Origin: a virus
Lineage: Duplodnaviria; Caudoviricetes
Direction: 5' to 3' (one strand)
Length of the DNA: 32,843 bases
IMG/VR virus record: IMGVR_UViG_3300012953_000105
Coordinates: 1 to 32,843 of that record
Below the pieces are notes generated by a model that saw nothing but the letters and a program-made list of their open reading frames with translations, did not search any database and was not told where the DNA came from. The translations under genes were made by a program, and so were the position numbers. Below are positions 19,901 to 27,849 of the stretch, piece by piece. How positions within the stretch are numbered: position 1 is the stretch's first letter; the number at the start of each line of letters is the position of its first letter.

Positions 19901-20600
19901 TTACGGTCTGATGATTGCTACCGCTAATAATAGAGAAGCTTGCAGTTGCAGCGAGGGTTGCGTCGCTGCAACCAGCTGTGCTTTTTACATACGCGCCATA
20001 ACCGACGCCAGTATCAGAGAAATGGTGGAAAATAAACTGGTCATCATTTGCTTCTGTTGGTAGAGCAAGATCAAGCTCAACAAATATGCTGTTTGATCTT
20101 GGGTTTAAGACCGTCATACCGCTGTTGTTCTTAGACAACGATGGGAAAAGAATTCCAGCCTTGTCCACTACTTCAATATAGGGTCCGTTCGCTAAAGATG
20201 CAGAGTTAAACGTCAAGTACCCTTTATACAGAGGGTATCTATGTACAACGTGGTTTTCCCATCCGGTCAGACCATCGACCCAATCATTGTACTCTTTTTT
20301 TGTCCCATCGAATGGAAAGTTATTTATAATCTTGTCAAAAACAATATTAACATTTGCCTCAGCAGAACAAAAGAATGTGTGATTTTCCCACTTAGTAAAA
20401 TCTGTTGGTAGTTGTTGTGTAGACTTAAGCGGTGAACCGGGAGGGTCATAGCGAAATGATCCGCTTATAGACATGGGTTCTTGAGATCCAGACAACGAGT
20501 CTTGCGTCTGACCTCTTAGAACACCGGAAGAGTTTGTATATCTTCGAATGACGTTAGGTGTAAATAATCTTTGACCCTCGAAGACTCTTTTTTTAGCCAT
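16929..20600 (-). CDS. Baseplate wedge-like protein (P2 gpI / T4 gp7-like core) flanked by two LamG-like domains (1223 aa)
   Basis: Central FLPFLADYYGFKL...WRRVLINLREIFSSKGTTHAIKSLFRAAGI matches the tail protein I 'LP.LA...G...KGT..AI' pattern. LamG-like ends FSGSINRFRVWNKAR and FAGRASHIRFFSKALTRSEVKEH. Follows the gp6/J-like gene. Confidence 0.65.
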   Translation of the reverse strand: MAKKRVFEGQRLFTPNVIRRYTNSSGVLRGQTQDSLSGSQEPMSISGSFRYDPPGSPLKSTQQLPTDFTKWENHTFFCSAEANVNIVFDKIINNFPFDGTKKEYNDWVDGLTGWENHVVHRYPLYKGYLTFNSASLANGPYIEVVDKAGILFPSLSKNNSGMTVLNPRSNSIFVELDLALPTEANDDQFIFHHFSDTGVGYGAYVKSTAGCSDATLAATASFSIISGSNHQTVSYVMEKGKFYSLGFGYNRNSRVKRIQIVSGTTVVSQSPRFTFGSLNTLGNSFLIGTGSQLTCDDGKVLFTPALTFSGSINRFRVWNKARTKKQLDYYNPRTVFADAEGLLMNMRFNEPTGSYTNKNVVLDHSGNSLHSRISNYSLDVRSEKPYNSLQRFDNAVLSPVLFPSFPDVVDLNQGLLMSASQYDANNPNLITKLIPAHYMEMAAQSDYSVGGNADGTTLEGIKDAANQPEATSAPGGAKMGQPQIISSLLFMWAREFDELKQMLDHVSNLVHIDYDKEESIADQFLPFLADYYGFKLPNMYRNATHNQLFHGEDVTGDMPVGSLIEVQNEMWRRVLINLREIFSSKGTTHAIKSLFRAAGIDPNRMFRFIEYGGSPEFRLGSSRQKITEISTMTDFSGSLAGGGISLQAQGFYSNRSNLISTYLSSSRVEFGWPPLSDGSTFVDKDYAFFEDGSIRKPYFPWGISTGKSDGLLTSGSWTIEGRFKFPPIIEWDMMAKPQSLFRLHTTGAGSRTGDAAAEQPLLLNVVADPANYNVKLFARPGWKSGSEQAAPLIELTLSGVNVFSGDKWYVSAGRTRCDQIGNAVSSSYFLNVARQENGTIREFYTTSSAWAEAADPNKNLFQRITTDNKSGSFIVIGSQSLGIDSSIGYLNSHQEVSASAPRTTNFAGRASHIRFFSKALTRSEVKEHVLNFKSLGVEDPLKNFSFTQSATGSFNRLRLDISCDQPLTKSLSDGTLKLIDFSQQSKLNRKSVPTLDGLAGLDGGALFTTASEYGAILRGFETSKQIIIPERFDFSALSSYYDEVTQENKVRVQGFTQGKNLFEIGGRPGPVYEMPRAYEPKDDSRFSIEFSVMQALNEDIMQIFATLDSLDNILGAPELMFAEEYPGLADLRKVYFNRLTDTVNYKNFFDFFRWLDDSFDVMIENLIPRKTNYLGFNFILESHALERAKVAHGYGDVYLGESTRRNLKGIILLRQLIAQVRKI

Positions 20601-22156
20601 TACGAAACAACCCTGAAATTAATTTCTGGTACCTTCACTAGACGATCCATTCCGCGATCAACTAGCAAGAGGTCTACAGTCAATTGCCTGTGAGAAGGCA
20701 AGCCGGAGGTCCGGAATTGCATATACATTCCATTTCCGTCTGTTGAAACCCTTGTACTCTGATGTGTCTTATCAAAATCTATTATAATCGTACCAGTCTG
20801 AACATCTTTTATTCGATAATACGCTTCATCGATAATGATGGTCTCTAATTTTCTAGGAAGCTTGTACGCTTTTTTGTTGGAGCCTGAATCTAGATCTTCT
20901 ACAAAAAATCTGATTGTTGCTTCGACATCCTGCTCATATTCTGGCTGGGCGCCGACCGGAGTGAATAGAAGTCTTCTATTAGAGAATCCCCCTACAACAC
21001 GTTGTTGCTTCTTTACAGTGATTGACCCTGTGTAGAAGCCAACAGTCTTATCCATCGAAGACCAAATTTCTTTTAGCTCTAACTCATCATTATGTTTAAG
21101 CGTCTGAAAAAACGTAGAATCAAATCGATTTAAATTGAACGTTCCAGAGTAAACTCCCGTCATACCTGCGCCGGTAGTACTTCCAGTGTGTTGTGAAGCT
21201 GTTACGAAGACGTTTGCCTCTCTAGCAGTGTCACCAGAAGATGAAACGAAACGTAATAAGACACAGTCTTGACCCAGCAATTTCGTTAACGATGACCCGC
21301 TAACAAGGGGTGCAGGCCTGCCTGCTTCAAGGTTTCTTAAAAATAAGCTTGAAGAGACGTTAAATAACAGTCCCTTGTGCTTGTCCTGTATACTGTCATC
21401 CCATGTAAAAACAAGACGAGGGGTGATTAACGCATCCCTAGCATGGCGAGATGCAAAGCGCTTTACAAAACGCGTCTTTCTATCTGTCTCATACGATCCG
21501 CTGTATGAAATTCTAAATCCGTGATTCTCCACGACATTCGATATGGAGGCAGAAACAACCTTAGTAACGTTTAACGATAGCTTTCCAGGACCTTCTCTAA
21601 AAAATTGCGCTGAGCCGAAGTCTATAGTACTGCTCCCGACCGTACCACTTACCCAATAATCTACACTACTGTCACCCATAAAACCGCGAGCACCAGAGCC
21701 TGACGTATTCCACAGCGATGCAGCTGTCGATAGATAAGACGCAGTAAGAAAGTTTGCGGCGTCGACATCACTAAATTGGGCAACATTCCTACCCGATCCC
21801 TCGCTCCAGCTTTTTGCTAGAGGAAACGCAACGATCTTAAAGTCTTCAGGTACCGGCGCACCGAGAACCGCCTCGAATAATTCTAACTTCACCTGGAAGG
21901 ATGGGTGGTTTAAGTCTAGAGATGTCGACGCAAGCTTGGCAACTTCATCATAATCAAACTTTATCAATATTCTAGAAAGTTCATCAACAGAAGAAGTAAT
22001 TCTAGTGGATGCCGAAATGTATGTGGACTCATCCCACAGCTTAAATAGATCTAATGTACCTGCACGACCCACATTCGCGTCGGTGGCCATGAACTTGTTA
22101 TCTATAACTTTGTTGGTTATGTACGTATCTGCACTAGCTGTAAGGATATAAAACAT
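20600..22156 (-). CDS. DNRLRE-like (beta-sandwich, putative carbohydrate-binding) baseplate-associated protein (518 aa)
   Basis: ADTYI...N.G....L...SRILIKFD, FPLAKSWSEGSG, LNVTKVV...NHGFRI and FASR...PRLVFTWDD follow the DNRLRE-domain pattern. Beta-rich C-terminal domain. Lies between wedge genes. Confidence 0.55.
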   Translation of the reverse strand: MFYILTASADTYITNKVIDNKFMATDANVGRAGTLDLFKLWDESTYISASTRITSSVDELSRILIKFDYDEVAKLASTSLDLNHPSFQVKLELFEAVLGAPVPEDFKIVAFPLAKSWSEGSGRNVAQFSDVDAANFLTASYLSTAASLWNTSGSGARGFMGDSSVDYWVSGTVGSSTIDFGSAQFFREGPGKLSLNVTKVVSASISNVVENHGFRISYSGSYETDRKTRFVKRFASRHARDALITPRLVFTWDDSIQDKHKGLLFNVSSSLFLRNLEAGRPAPLVSGSSLTKLLGQDCVLLRFVSSSGDTAREANVFVTASQHTGSTTGAGMTGVYSGTFNLNRFDSTFFQTLKHNDELELKEIWSSMDKTVGFYTGSITVKKQQRVVGGFSNRRLLFTPVGAQPEYEQDVEATIRFFVEDLDSGSNKKAYKLPRKLETIIIDEAYYRIKDVQTGTIIIDFDKTHQSTRVSTDGNGMYMQFRTSGLPSHRQLTVDLLLVDRGMDRLVKVPEINFRVVS

Positions 22157-22161
22157 CTTTG

Positions 22162-24006
22162 CTATCTCACTGTTACTATAATGTCTTTATTAGGATATTT
22201 TAACTCAAAAATGCTGCCGGGTGGACCAACGACCATCTGCTGGAATGTATTTCCATCAACGCTAAATGATACGTCACTATAAGTTCTTTCTTCTACCATC
22301 CCAGTTAGATTTACAAGTTTAATATCAACCATGGATATAACACCCTCGCTATTCAATACGCTGTTGATTATATCTGCGTATGCTATGGGCATATCAATTT
22401 GTATGTTATCTGTCTTAAGAAGTTGAGTTAGCCGGTTTATTATTGTTTGGGCAACTTGAGATTTATTTGAGTCAGGATGAGCCACAACATCAACATTCAC
22501 TGCAAAATTTATTATTCTAGCGTCTAGAATATCATAAGCATCGCTAACAGCCCGAAACTCATTTAGATAGATTCGTAGGTTTTTCTTTAGAGTGTCGGAT
22601 GACATCTTGAGCTTCTTTCTCTTGTTCCGAGAAACGATAAAGATTTGAGACGCAAGAGAATTAATCGGATTAGGACGGATGCCGACTCGGTACACTCTAC
22701 CAAACTTGTTGGGTAATGTGTAGATTCTTGCAATAAGATCTTCCTTCGTAATAATTCGAGATTGAGCTGCTCGGCTAGAGGGAATTAGCGCCCTTAACTC
22801 GCTGATCGTCGGTGCTCTATCACCGTCGAGCGCTGGAAGCTTGTTTGAACAGTCTATTGACCCTCGAACCAAAGATGCTTCGGAAGCGCTAGCGTGCGAA
22901 GAGAATTTAAGGAAAAGGGTGCTAATGGTTCTAATCGACTCCGCGCCGACGTTATGCTTAAGCCCACCGCCGGCTCGATAAGTTATGGTCAGTGTTGTAT
23001 TTCGAGGCGAGATGCCTAACGTTTGAGTTTGTAGCATAGCATTTGGGTCAATGGTAAATCTAGAAAATGTAGTCTTTCCATAGAGCGGTAGCGCTAGCTC
23101 GGAAGGGTCTGGAATTATGTCGTTGTCCAGCGTCTTTGCGTTGCCAGAGCCAAAACGAATCGTAGTAAGCTTAGTATTGTAGTCATAATTTTTCACAAAC
23201 CTATATGGTGCTGGTATCACTTCTAGATTGTACCCAACGCTGTCGCTGTCTTCAGTCAAGTTAATAATTTTCTTGAAAACAGTATCTTGAGAGAGGGACT
23301 CAACTCCGTAATATTCATTTCCATCGCTATCTTTTATACTGACAATATCTGTAACATTTTCATCTGGTAGGGTTAAAGTCCTAAAAGGTTTATGGATATT
23401 CGGGATCGAAGTTTTCCACTCTTTTCTAACTCCGGAAAGACATAATCCATCTCTCATTACAACATACGAAGTCGGTGTACCAGCATCATCTGTTTGTACA
23501 ACTACTGATTCATAGAGAAAATCGCCATCTTTATCTTTTTCTGCAAAATCTAAATCAGACAGCAAATTAAACGGAATTCCATCGTTTGAAGTAAAGATTG
23601 ATAGCGCGCCTACTTTTGGTAAAAGGGCAACTTTCGGAGCAGTCGTACCGTTTATAGTTTCAGCAGGTATCTCAAAATATACCTTAACCATTACGACAGA
23701 TGGAGTTGCGCCATGAACCTTGACACCTGCATTACGCAAATGCTTTTGTATATTCTTTATTTCAATCGCAGAAGACCAATTAAGCTCGTTAAATTGGTGA
23801 TCAAGGTAAAATGACATCGTATCACCAACGAACGCAGCCATATCAAGCAAAAGACCACCGAGACTTGCTTCTGAGAAATCTTGAATCTGGTTTGAAAAAT
23901 AAAGCTTGGCATGCTTGTATAGCTCATTTCGAAAAGACTCGAAATCCTTTGCTAAGTAATTTCTCTGATTCTCATTCTTTAAACTTCGTTTTACATTGAT
24001 TGCCAT
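22162..24006 (-). CDS. Baseplate wedge subunit, T4 gp6 / baseplate J-like (614 aa)
   Basis: NYLAKDFESFRNEL...DFSEASLGGLLLDMAAFVGDTMSFYLDHQFNE, IRFGSG, ITYRAGGG..HNV and AQSRIITKEDL are characteristic gp6-like motifs. Directly downstream of the gp25-like gene. Confidence 0.9.
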   Translation of the reverse strand: MAINVKRSLKNENQRNYLAKDFESFRNELYKHAKLYFSNQIQDFSEASLGGLLLDMAAFVGDTMSFYLDHQFNELNWSSAIEIKNIQKHLRNAGVKVHGATPSVVMVKVYFEIPAETINGTTAPKVALLPKVGALSIFTSNDGIPFNLLSDLDFAEKDKDGDFLYESVVVQTDDAGTPTSYVVMRDGLCLSGVRKEWKTSIPNIHKPFRTLTLPDENVTDIVSIKDSDGNEYYGVESLSQDTVFKKIINLTEDSDSVGYNLEVIPAPYRFVKNYDYNTKLTTIRFGSGNAKTLDNDIIPDPSELALPLYGKTTFSRFTIDPNAMLQTQTLGISPRNTTLTITYRAGGGLKHNVGAESIRTISTLFLKFSSHASASEASLVRGSIDCSNKLPALDGDRAPTISELRALIPSSRAAQSRIITKEDLIARIYTLPNKFGRVYRVGIRPNPINSLASQIFIVSRNKRKKLKMSSDTLKKNLRIYLNEFRAVSDAYDILDARIINFAVNVDVVAHPDSNKSQVAQTIINRLTQLLKTDNIQIDMPIAYADIINSVLNSEGVISMVDIKLVNLTGMVEERTYSDVSFSVDGNTFQQMVVGPPGSIFELKYPNKDIIVTVR

Positions 24007-24009
24007 TTT

Positions 24010-24507
24010 TTATCCTGCGCTGTATATTACGATTTCCATGCCACGCTCTTTAGAGCGAAGACGAGGAACGGTGTACGTCAGTCTTACCCCTACTTTTGCG
24101 ACCTCTTTATTATCAAATAGCTCCACAATCGGCTCAAATGTCGATAACGCTACAAACGGCATCCAACGATTGACTGCCATCGTTATTCTTTTCATTGCCT
24201 CATTAGCGCCGGTGTCTGTTTGCATCTCAAAAGCCAATTCTGTTAAATTGGCCCCAAAAAGCGGAAGCCCTAACCGCTCTCCATGGTTTGTTAAGATTAA
24301 ATTAATAAGGTTGTCGTGTATCTGGTCTGAAAACGAAGTGTTCATTTTAAGGAAACCTTGACCTGTTTCGCCCGTTGTAACAGGTGTAAAAATTCCAACA
24401 GGTGGAGGTGCTCTACGACGGGCATCAATCTCAGATTGCTTCTCAAAAGAAGTCCCTATAGACTTAAAATCGTACTTCTTAACATTTGCTCTTCTACTTA
24501 CAGCCAT
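24010..24507 (-). CDS. Baseplate wedge subunit / sheath initiator, T4 gp25 (GPW_gp25)-like (165 aa)
   Basis: DQIHDNLINLILTNHGERLGLPLFGANL..LAFE...ITMAVNRWMPFV matches the gp25 family consensus (L.T..GER...P.FG..L...FE...I..W.P). Confidence 0.9.
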   Translation of the reverse strand: MAVSRRANVKKYDFKSIGTSFEKQSEIDARRRAPPPVGIFTPVTTGETGQGFLKMNTSFSDQIHDNLINLILTNHGERLGLPLFGANLTELAFEMQTDTGANEAMKRITMAVNRWMPFVALSTFEPIVELFDNKEVAKVGVRLTYTVPRLRSKERGMEIVIYSAG

Positions 24508-24520
24508 GACATACCACCCA

Positions 24521-24533
24521 TACTAAATATTTG
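24521..24533 (-). promoter_or_regulatory. Candidate phage late-promoter element (AAATATTTAGTA on the coding strand)
   Basis: AT-rich palindromic core AAATATTT (24525-24532) sits ~18 nt upstream of the gp25-like start, in one of only two sizeable intergenic gaps, followed by SD-like GGGTGGT. Single instance, so weak. Confidence 0.3.
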
Positions 24534-24574
24534 CTCGCAGAAATAGTGATGAGCTAAGTCGTACATAACTGCGC

Positions 24575-24862
24575 CTACAGCAAGACGCCAGTACCTGTGC
24601 CCATACCCGCACCAGCTACTGGACATGCACCAGCGGGTGCCAGAGGGGCAGCAATTCCAGCTAAAACAGTTATTACGTTTGTCTGGACAAGTGCTTGAGT
24701 TGTATATGAATGTATCGCTAGACTAAGATCAAACGCAAATAACTGATTAATTTCAGTAGGCGTTTTCCCAGACTCTGCAGCTAGTCCTATCTGCCCCCTA
24801 GCATTCTCTAAAGCCATGAATATATCCAGTTCTAACATTGGTAACGCGGCGGAAAGTGGCAT
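24575..24862 (-). CDS. Small baseplate protein, putative spike-tip / spike-associated (95 aa)
   Basis: Lies between gp5-like and gp25-like genes, where PAAR/gp5.4 normally lies. Helical N-terminus and Gly/Ala/Pro-rich C-terminus ending GAGMGTGTGVLL. GGAG SD. The function is positional inference only. Confidence 0.45.
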   Translation of the reverse strand: MPLSAALPMLELDIFMALENARGQIGLAAESGKTPTEINQLFAFDLSLAIHSYTTQALVQTNVITVLAGIAAPLAPAGACPVAGAGMGTGTGVLL

Positions 24863-24870
24863 GTGTTCTC

Positions 24871-26742
24871 CTATTCTCCAAATATTCTTTCTGATTGTAT
24901 GCTTGGTATCTGACCCTTCCTTGATTCAAGGTCTGACTTTAGGGTCATTGCAGATTTGTTAATCTCGACAGACGGTGCACCGTACCCGGGGGTAACATGA
25001 GTTGTAAGATTATCACAAAATGTCTGAATATCTCCCATAAATGCTGTAAAAAGCTCGTACAATTGTTGATACATAACGTACGGTTGCGAGCTTCCTTCAC
25101 CAGGACCGCTATTGTCTTCCCCTGCACCTCCATCGTCTGGGTGGCGCCCTAAAAAGATTTTTGATCCGCTTATTTGTACAGTACCATCTGCAAGTAGATA
25201 TACACAAGCCATATCTTCGTCTGGTATTCCTTGCTTAATAATTCTTATAGAGCCGTTTATCTCAGGTGACCCATCAACAGGATCATCAGCTTCTAATTTT
25301 CTTGAAATTATTCTTATCTCATCAGCTTTTGCAACGACGCTTGATGGAAAGTCTTTTGTCGCACCAATTGTGAGCTCTGTATCTTCTGGCCCTATTAGAG
25401 TCGGAAGGGTTGTCCCTGGGTTATCTATATTGAACAGCGGATCCGGTTCACCGGAGTGACTGATCCACACTCGGGCTGCATCATAAGCAAAATCTGGGTC
25501 TCCTTCTGGTGGAGCGTCTAATCGATTCACTTCTGCTTGCTCATTTGCTTGAGGGTTTTTATTCGTTTCTATCCAGTTTTCTCTACCTGGGCCGAGATGC
25601 TCAGGAATAGGGGTGTTTCTGATACACCTCGGGGCAGTCATGATTGGAGGTAGTAGTTCAGTTTTATCCCGAAATCTCCAGTCGTGGCGACCTCGTCCGG
25701 CAACTAAATCAATCGATCCCCATGGGAATTCTTTTCTTTCCTCAATTTCATCTTCATCAAATGTTGCATTAGAAAACTCTGCATCCCATGCAAGATTCAG
25801 CGTCTCCCTTCCTATATGTCGACCCCAGCCGCGTTGCTCACCTAAACAAATCAATGTGTTATTAGAACCCTGGATGACCATATCACCAGGACGCTTTGTA
25901 AAGCGTGGAACATGCTGACGGTGAAACTGATCATAAGCAATAGCAACGTTGACCAAATCTTCATAAGCTAATTCTTCTTTTAGCGTATATGCGTCTTCTT
26001 TCCCGGTGCCGTTTGGAAATCCGAATAAGCGATCGTCCATGCCGTCGCCATCTTTATCTTCACTCTCAAGTGGGCTTATCGCCTGACCCTCTTCAGTTTG
26101 TTCAGTGCCTGGATCAATAACTGATGTTGAGTCATCAGGTACTTCTTCTTCTTGCTGCGCATTTTCAGCCATCTCGGATGTTGTTGGAGGCGCTAAATCA
26201 CCAACCAGCTTTCTGTCAGCATGCGTGAAATTGACATCGTCGACATGCGCAGGTTCAGGAATCCTACACATCCAGTATTGCACCTTGGATGGAGTGTCAG
26301 GAGAATCTTGAACGACCCACACTTGCTCACCAGGCTTTACAGGAAAACAAAGATGTGGCGGAAAGAATGGATAGCATAGCGTTCCAACACCACCGATGGC
26401 TTCACCCTCAGGCACGGACTCTTCATTCTCTTCAGCATCTTCTACTTCTTCTTGAGTAGGCTGCTCAGTCGCGTCTGGAGATTTTTTGTCTGCTCCTCCA
26501 GTTACTAGTCTGGCGATGATAGAATTTCTAGGAGCTGTTTGAAGCATATCAGGAGAATCGATAAGCGCCTTGAGTTCTTCAAGGTCTTCGTCTGTCCAGA
26601 CACTAAGATCATAAAGAACCTCAACAACAACTGCTCTACTAAAAATCTGGGTAGGGGCTGCTGTAGCATTTGCATCTGCGGGAGCTGAAGCGGTTGGATT
26701 CGCCTGTTGCGCTACAGCATCGGTACCGGATCCTTGTGCCAT
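24871..26742 (-). CDS. Baseplate central spike/hub protein, gp5/GpV-like with N-terminal OB-fold (623 aa)
   Basis: RAVVVEV...CYPFFPPHLCFPVKPGEQVWVV resembles the gp5/GpV OB-fold 'P..GE.V.V' motif. RPGDMVIQGSNNTLICLG and beta-rich VVAKADEIRIISR / GSIRIIK / DGTVQISGSKIFLG strands; C-terminal helix plus THVTPGYGAPS apex-like segment. Upstream of gp25. Confidence 0.65.
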   Translation of the reverse strand: MAQGSGTDAVAQQANPTASAPADANATAAPTQIFSRAVVVEVLYDLSVWTDEDLEELKALIDSPDMLQTAPRNSIIARLVTGGADKKSPDATEQPTQEEVEDAEENEESVPEGEAIGGVGTLCYPFFPPHLCFPVKPGEQVWVVQDSPDTPSKVQYWMCRIPEPAHVDDVNFTHADRKLVGDLAPPTTSEMAENAQQEEEVPDDSTSVIDPGTEQTEEGQAISPLESEDKDGDGMDDRLFGFPNGTGKEDAYTLKEELAYEDLVNVAIAYDQFHRQHVPRFTKRPGDMVIQGSNNTLICLGEQRGWGRHIGRETLNLAWDAEFSNATFDEDEIEERKEFPWGSIDLVAGRGRHDWRFRDKTELLPPIMTAPRCIRNTPIPEHLGPGRENWIETNKNPQANEQAEVNRLDAPPEGDPDFAYDAARVWISHSGEPDPLFNIDNPGTTLPTLIGPEDTELTIGATKDFPSSVVAKADEIRIISRKLEADDPVDGSPEINGSIRIIKQGIPDEDMACVYLLADGTVQISGSKIFLGRHPDDGGAGEDNSGPGEGSSQPYVMYQQLYELFTAFMGDIQTFCDNLTTHVTPGYGAPSVEINKSAMTLKSDLESRKGQIPSIQSERIFGE

Positions 26743-27114
26743 TTATTCACCCTTTGTTATCTGCGAAAATAAATCATCTGCATTTATCGCAGCATGCTCA
26801 CTTTCAGATTTTGATATCAACTCTGCCAACTTTAGTAATTGATCATTCGATTTGTTCATTCTCTCTAAATACTTCGTTAGGGTTGAGCCAAGGGTAGCAT
26901 GTTCTGTCGTACCTTGACTCATGGTTGTGTACGCTTCAACAAATAAGATATGAGCGTTTTGTCTGTCTAATGAGGCATTCTCATAGATTTCTTTCCACAA
27001 GATCTTCTTTTTTGCATCAGCATGCTCTATTTTCGATAACATCTCTGAAAACTCTTCAATCTTCTTCTCTATGCTTTGAAAATCTCTTGCTGCTTCTTCA
27101 ATCTTGCTGCTCAT
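26743..27114 (-). CDS. Alpha-helical / coiled-coil hypothetical protein (123 aa)
   Basis: Heptad-like helices (LTKYLERMNKSNDQLLKLAELI), GGAG SD, and a stop abutting the next start (TAAATG). Confidence 0.75.
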   Translation of the reverse strand: MSSKIEEAARDFQSIEKKIEEFSEMLSKIEHADAKKKILWKEIYENASLDRQNAHILFVEAYTTMSQGTTEHATLGSTLTKYLERMNKSNDQLLKLAELISKSESEHAAINADDLFSQITKGE

Positions 27115-27123
27115 AACTTCTCC

Positions 27124-27849
27124 CTATAACAAATCGACTATTCTATCATCATGGACAATTTCTTTATAGTGCTTTCTTATTTTAGACATCGAAACAGAAA
27201 GCTGCTTTGATGTTAACCCTGATATCTCTCTAACATATACATAGATGGCCCGCTTATTTAAGAAGTCTAGATTATCGATATTTTCAAAAACAGTTCGAAT
27301 CGCTTTTGCACAGAGCACTTCATTTGGCTTTTTCACCCTACCGTCTATCTCATCAATTACGTCCATTATTCTATCGCGTAATTCTGCTGCCTCTAATATG
27401 TCTTGCGGTGATGGAGCTACCTTACTACCTGCAATCTTTGCTTTGTCTCTAGAGTTTAGCACAGATAGATCGCTCATCGAAACGTGACGCTGATTATTTT
27501 TCTTGGCATTTCTGCACCGAATTATTAGCCAGTTTTTTGCAACAACATTAAAGTAAGAAAATGCCTTTGTGCCTCTTGCGGGATCCCACTTGTGAATAGT
27601 TTCGTACAAAAATGCAACGCAATCCCCTTTCATCGATGCCGTACTTTCATACGGCGAATTAAAGCCGTATACGTATATAAGACTTTCAGACAATTGCTCG
27701 AATGCTGGCATGATCTCATTTCTATAGATCTTCTCTTTTTCAGCTGAGTCATCCGACTGCTGATAGGATTCTATTGACGCTTGCGTATCCTTGTTAAAAT
27801 ACATGTTACGCTTTTTGCCGGGATTCCTTCTTATCTTTCTTTTGGCCAT
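27124..27849 (-). CDS. Phage-encoded RNA polymerase sigma-like factor (sigma70 region 2; gp55-like late sigma candidate) (241 aa)
   Basis: FLYETIHKWDPARGTKAFSYFNVVAKNWLI matches the sigma region 2.3 'KFDP.RG.KF.TY' / gp55-like 'KFDP...AFSYF' pattern. N-terminal MYFNK. C-terminal HTH-like YVREISGLTSKQLSVSMSKIRKHY. Confidence 0.75.
   Translation of the reverse strand: MAKRKIRRNPGKKRNMYFNKDTQASIESYQQSDDSAEKEKIYRNEIMPAFEQLSESLIYVYGFNSPYESTASMKGDCVAFLYETIHKWDPARGTKAFSYFNVVAKNWLIIRCRNAKKNNQRHVSMSDLSVLNSRDKAKIAGSKVAPSPQDILEAAELRDRIMDVIDEIDGRVKKPNEVLCAKAIRTVFENIDNLDFLNKRAIYVYVREISGLTSKQLSVSMSKIRKHYKEIVHDDRIVDLL

Noticed and set aside
24508-24574. Rho-independent terminator or small RNA in the intergenic gaps
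   Set aside because: No GC-rich stem followed by a U-tract was found on the coding strand here or at 30632-30681, and the gaps are too short for a tRNA.
22162-26742. Bacterial extracellular contractile injection system, tailocin or T6SS locus
   Set aside because: The phage-type sigma factor, solo AddB/Cas4-like nuclease, T4 gp6-sized wedge, giant fibres and lack of host housekeeping genes fit a large phage better. No capsid or terminase is visible here, so this is not formally excluded.
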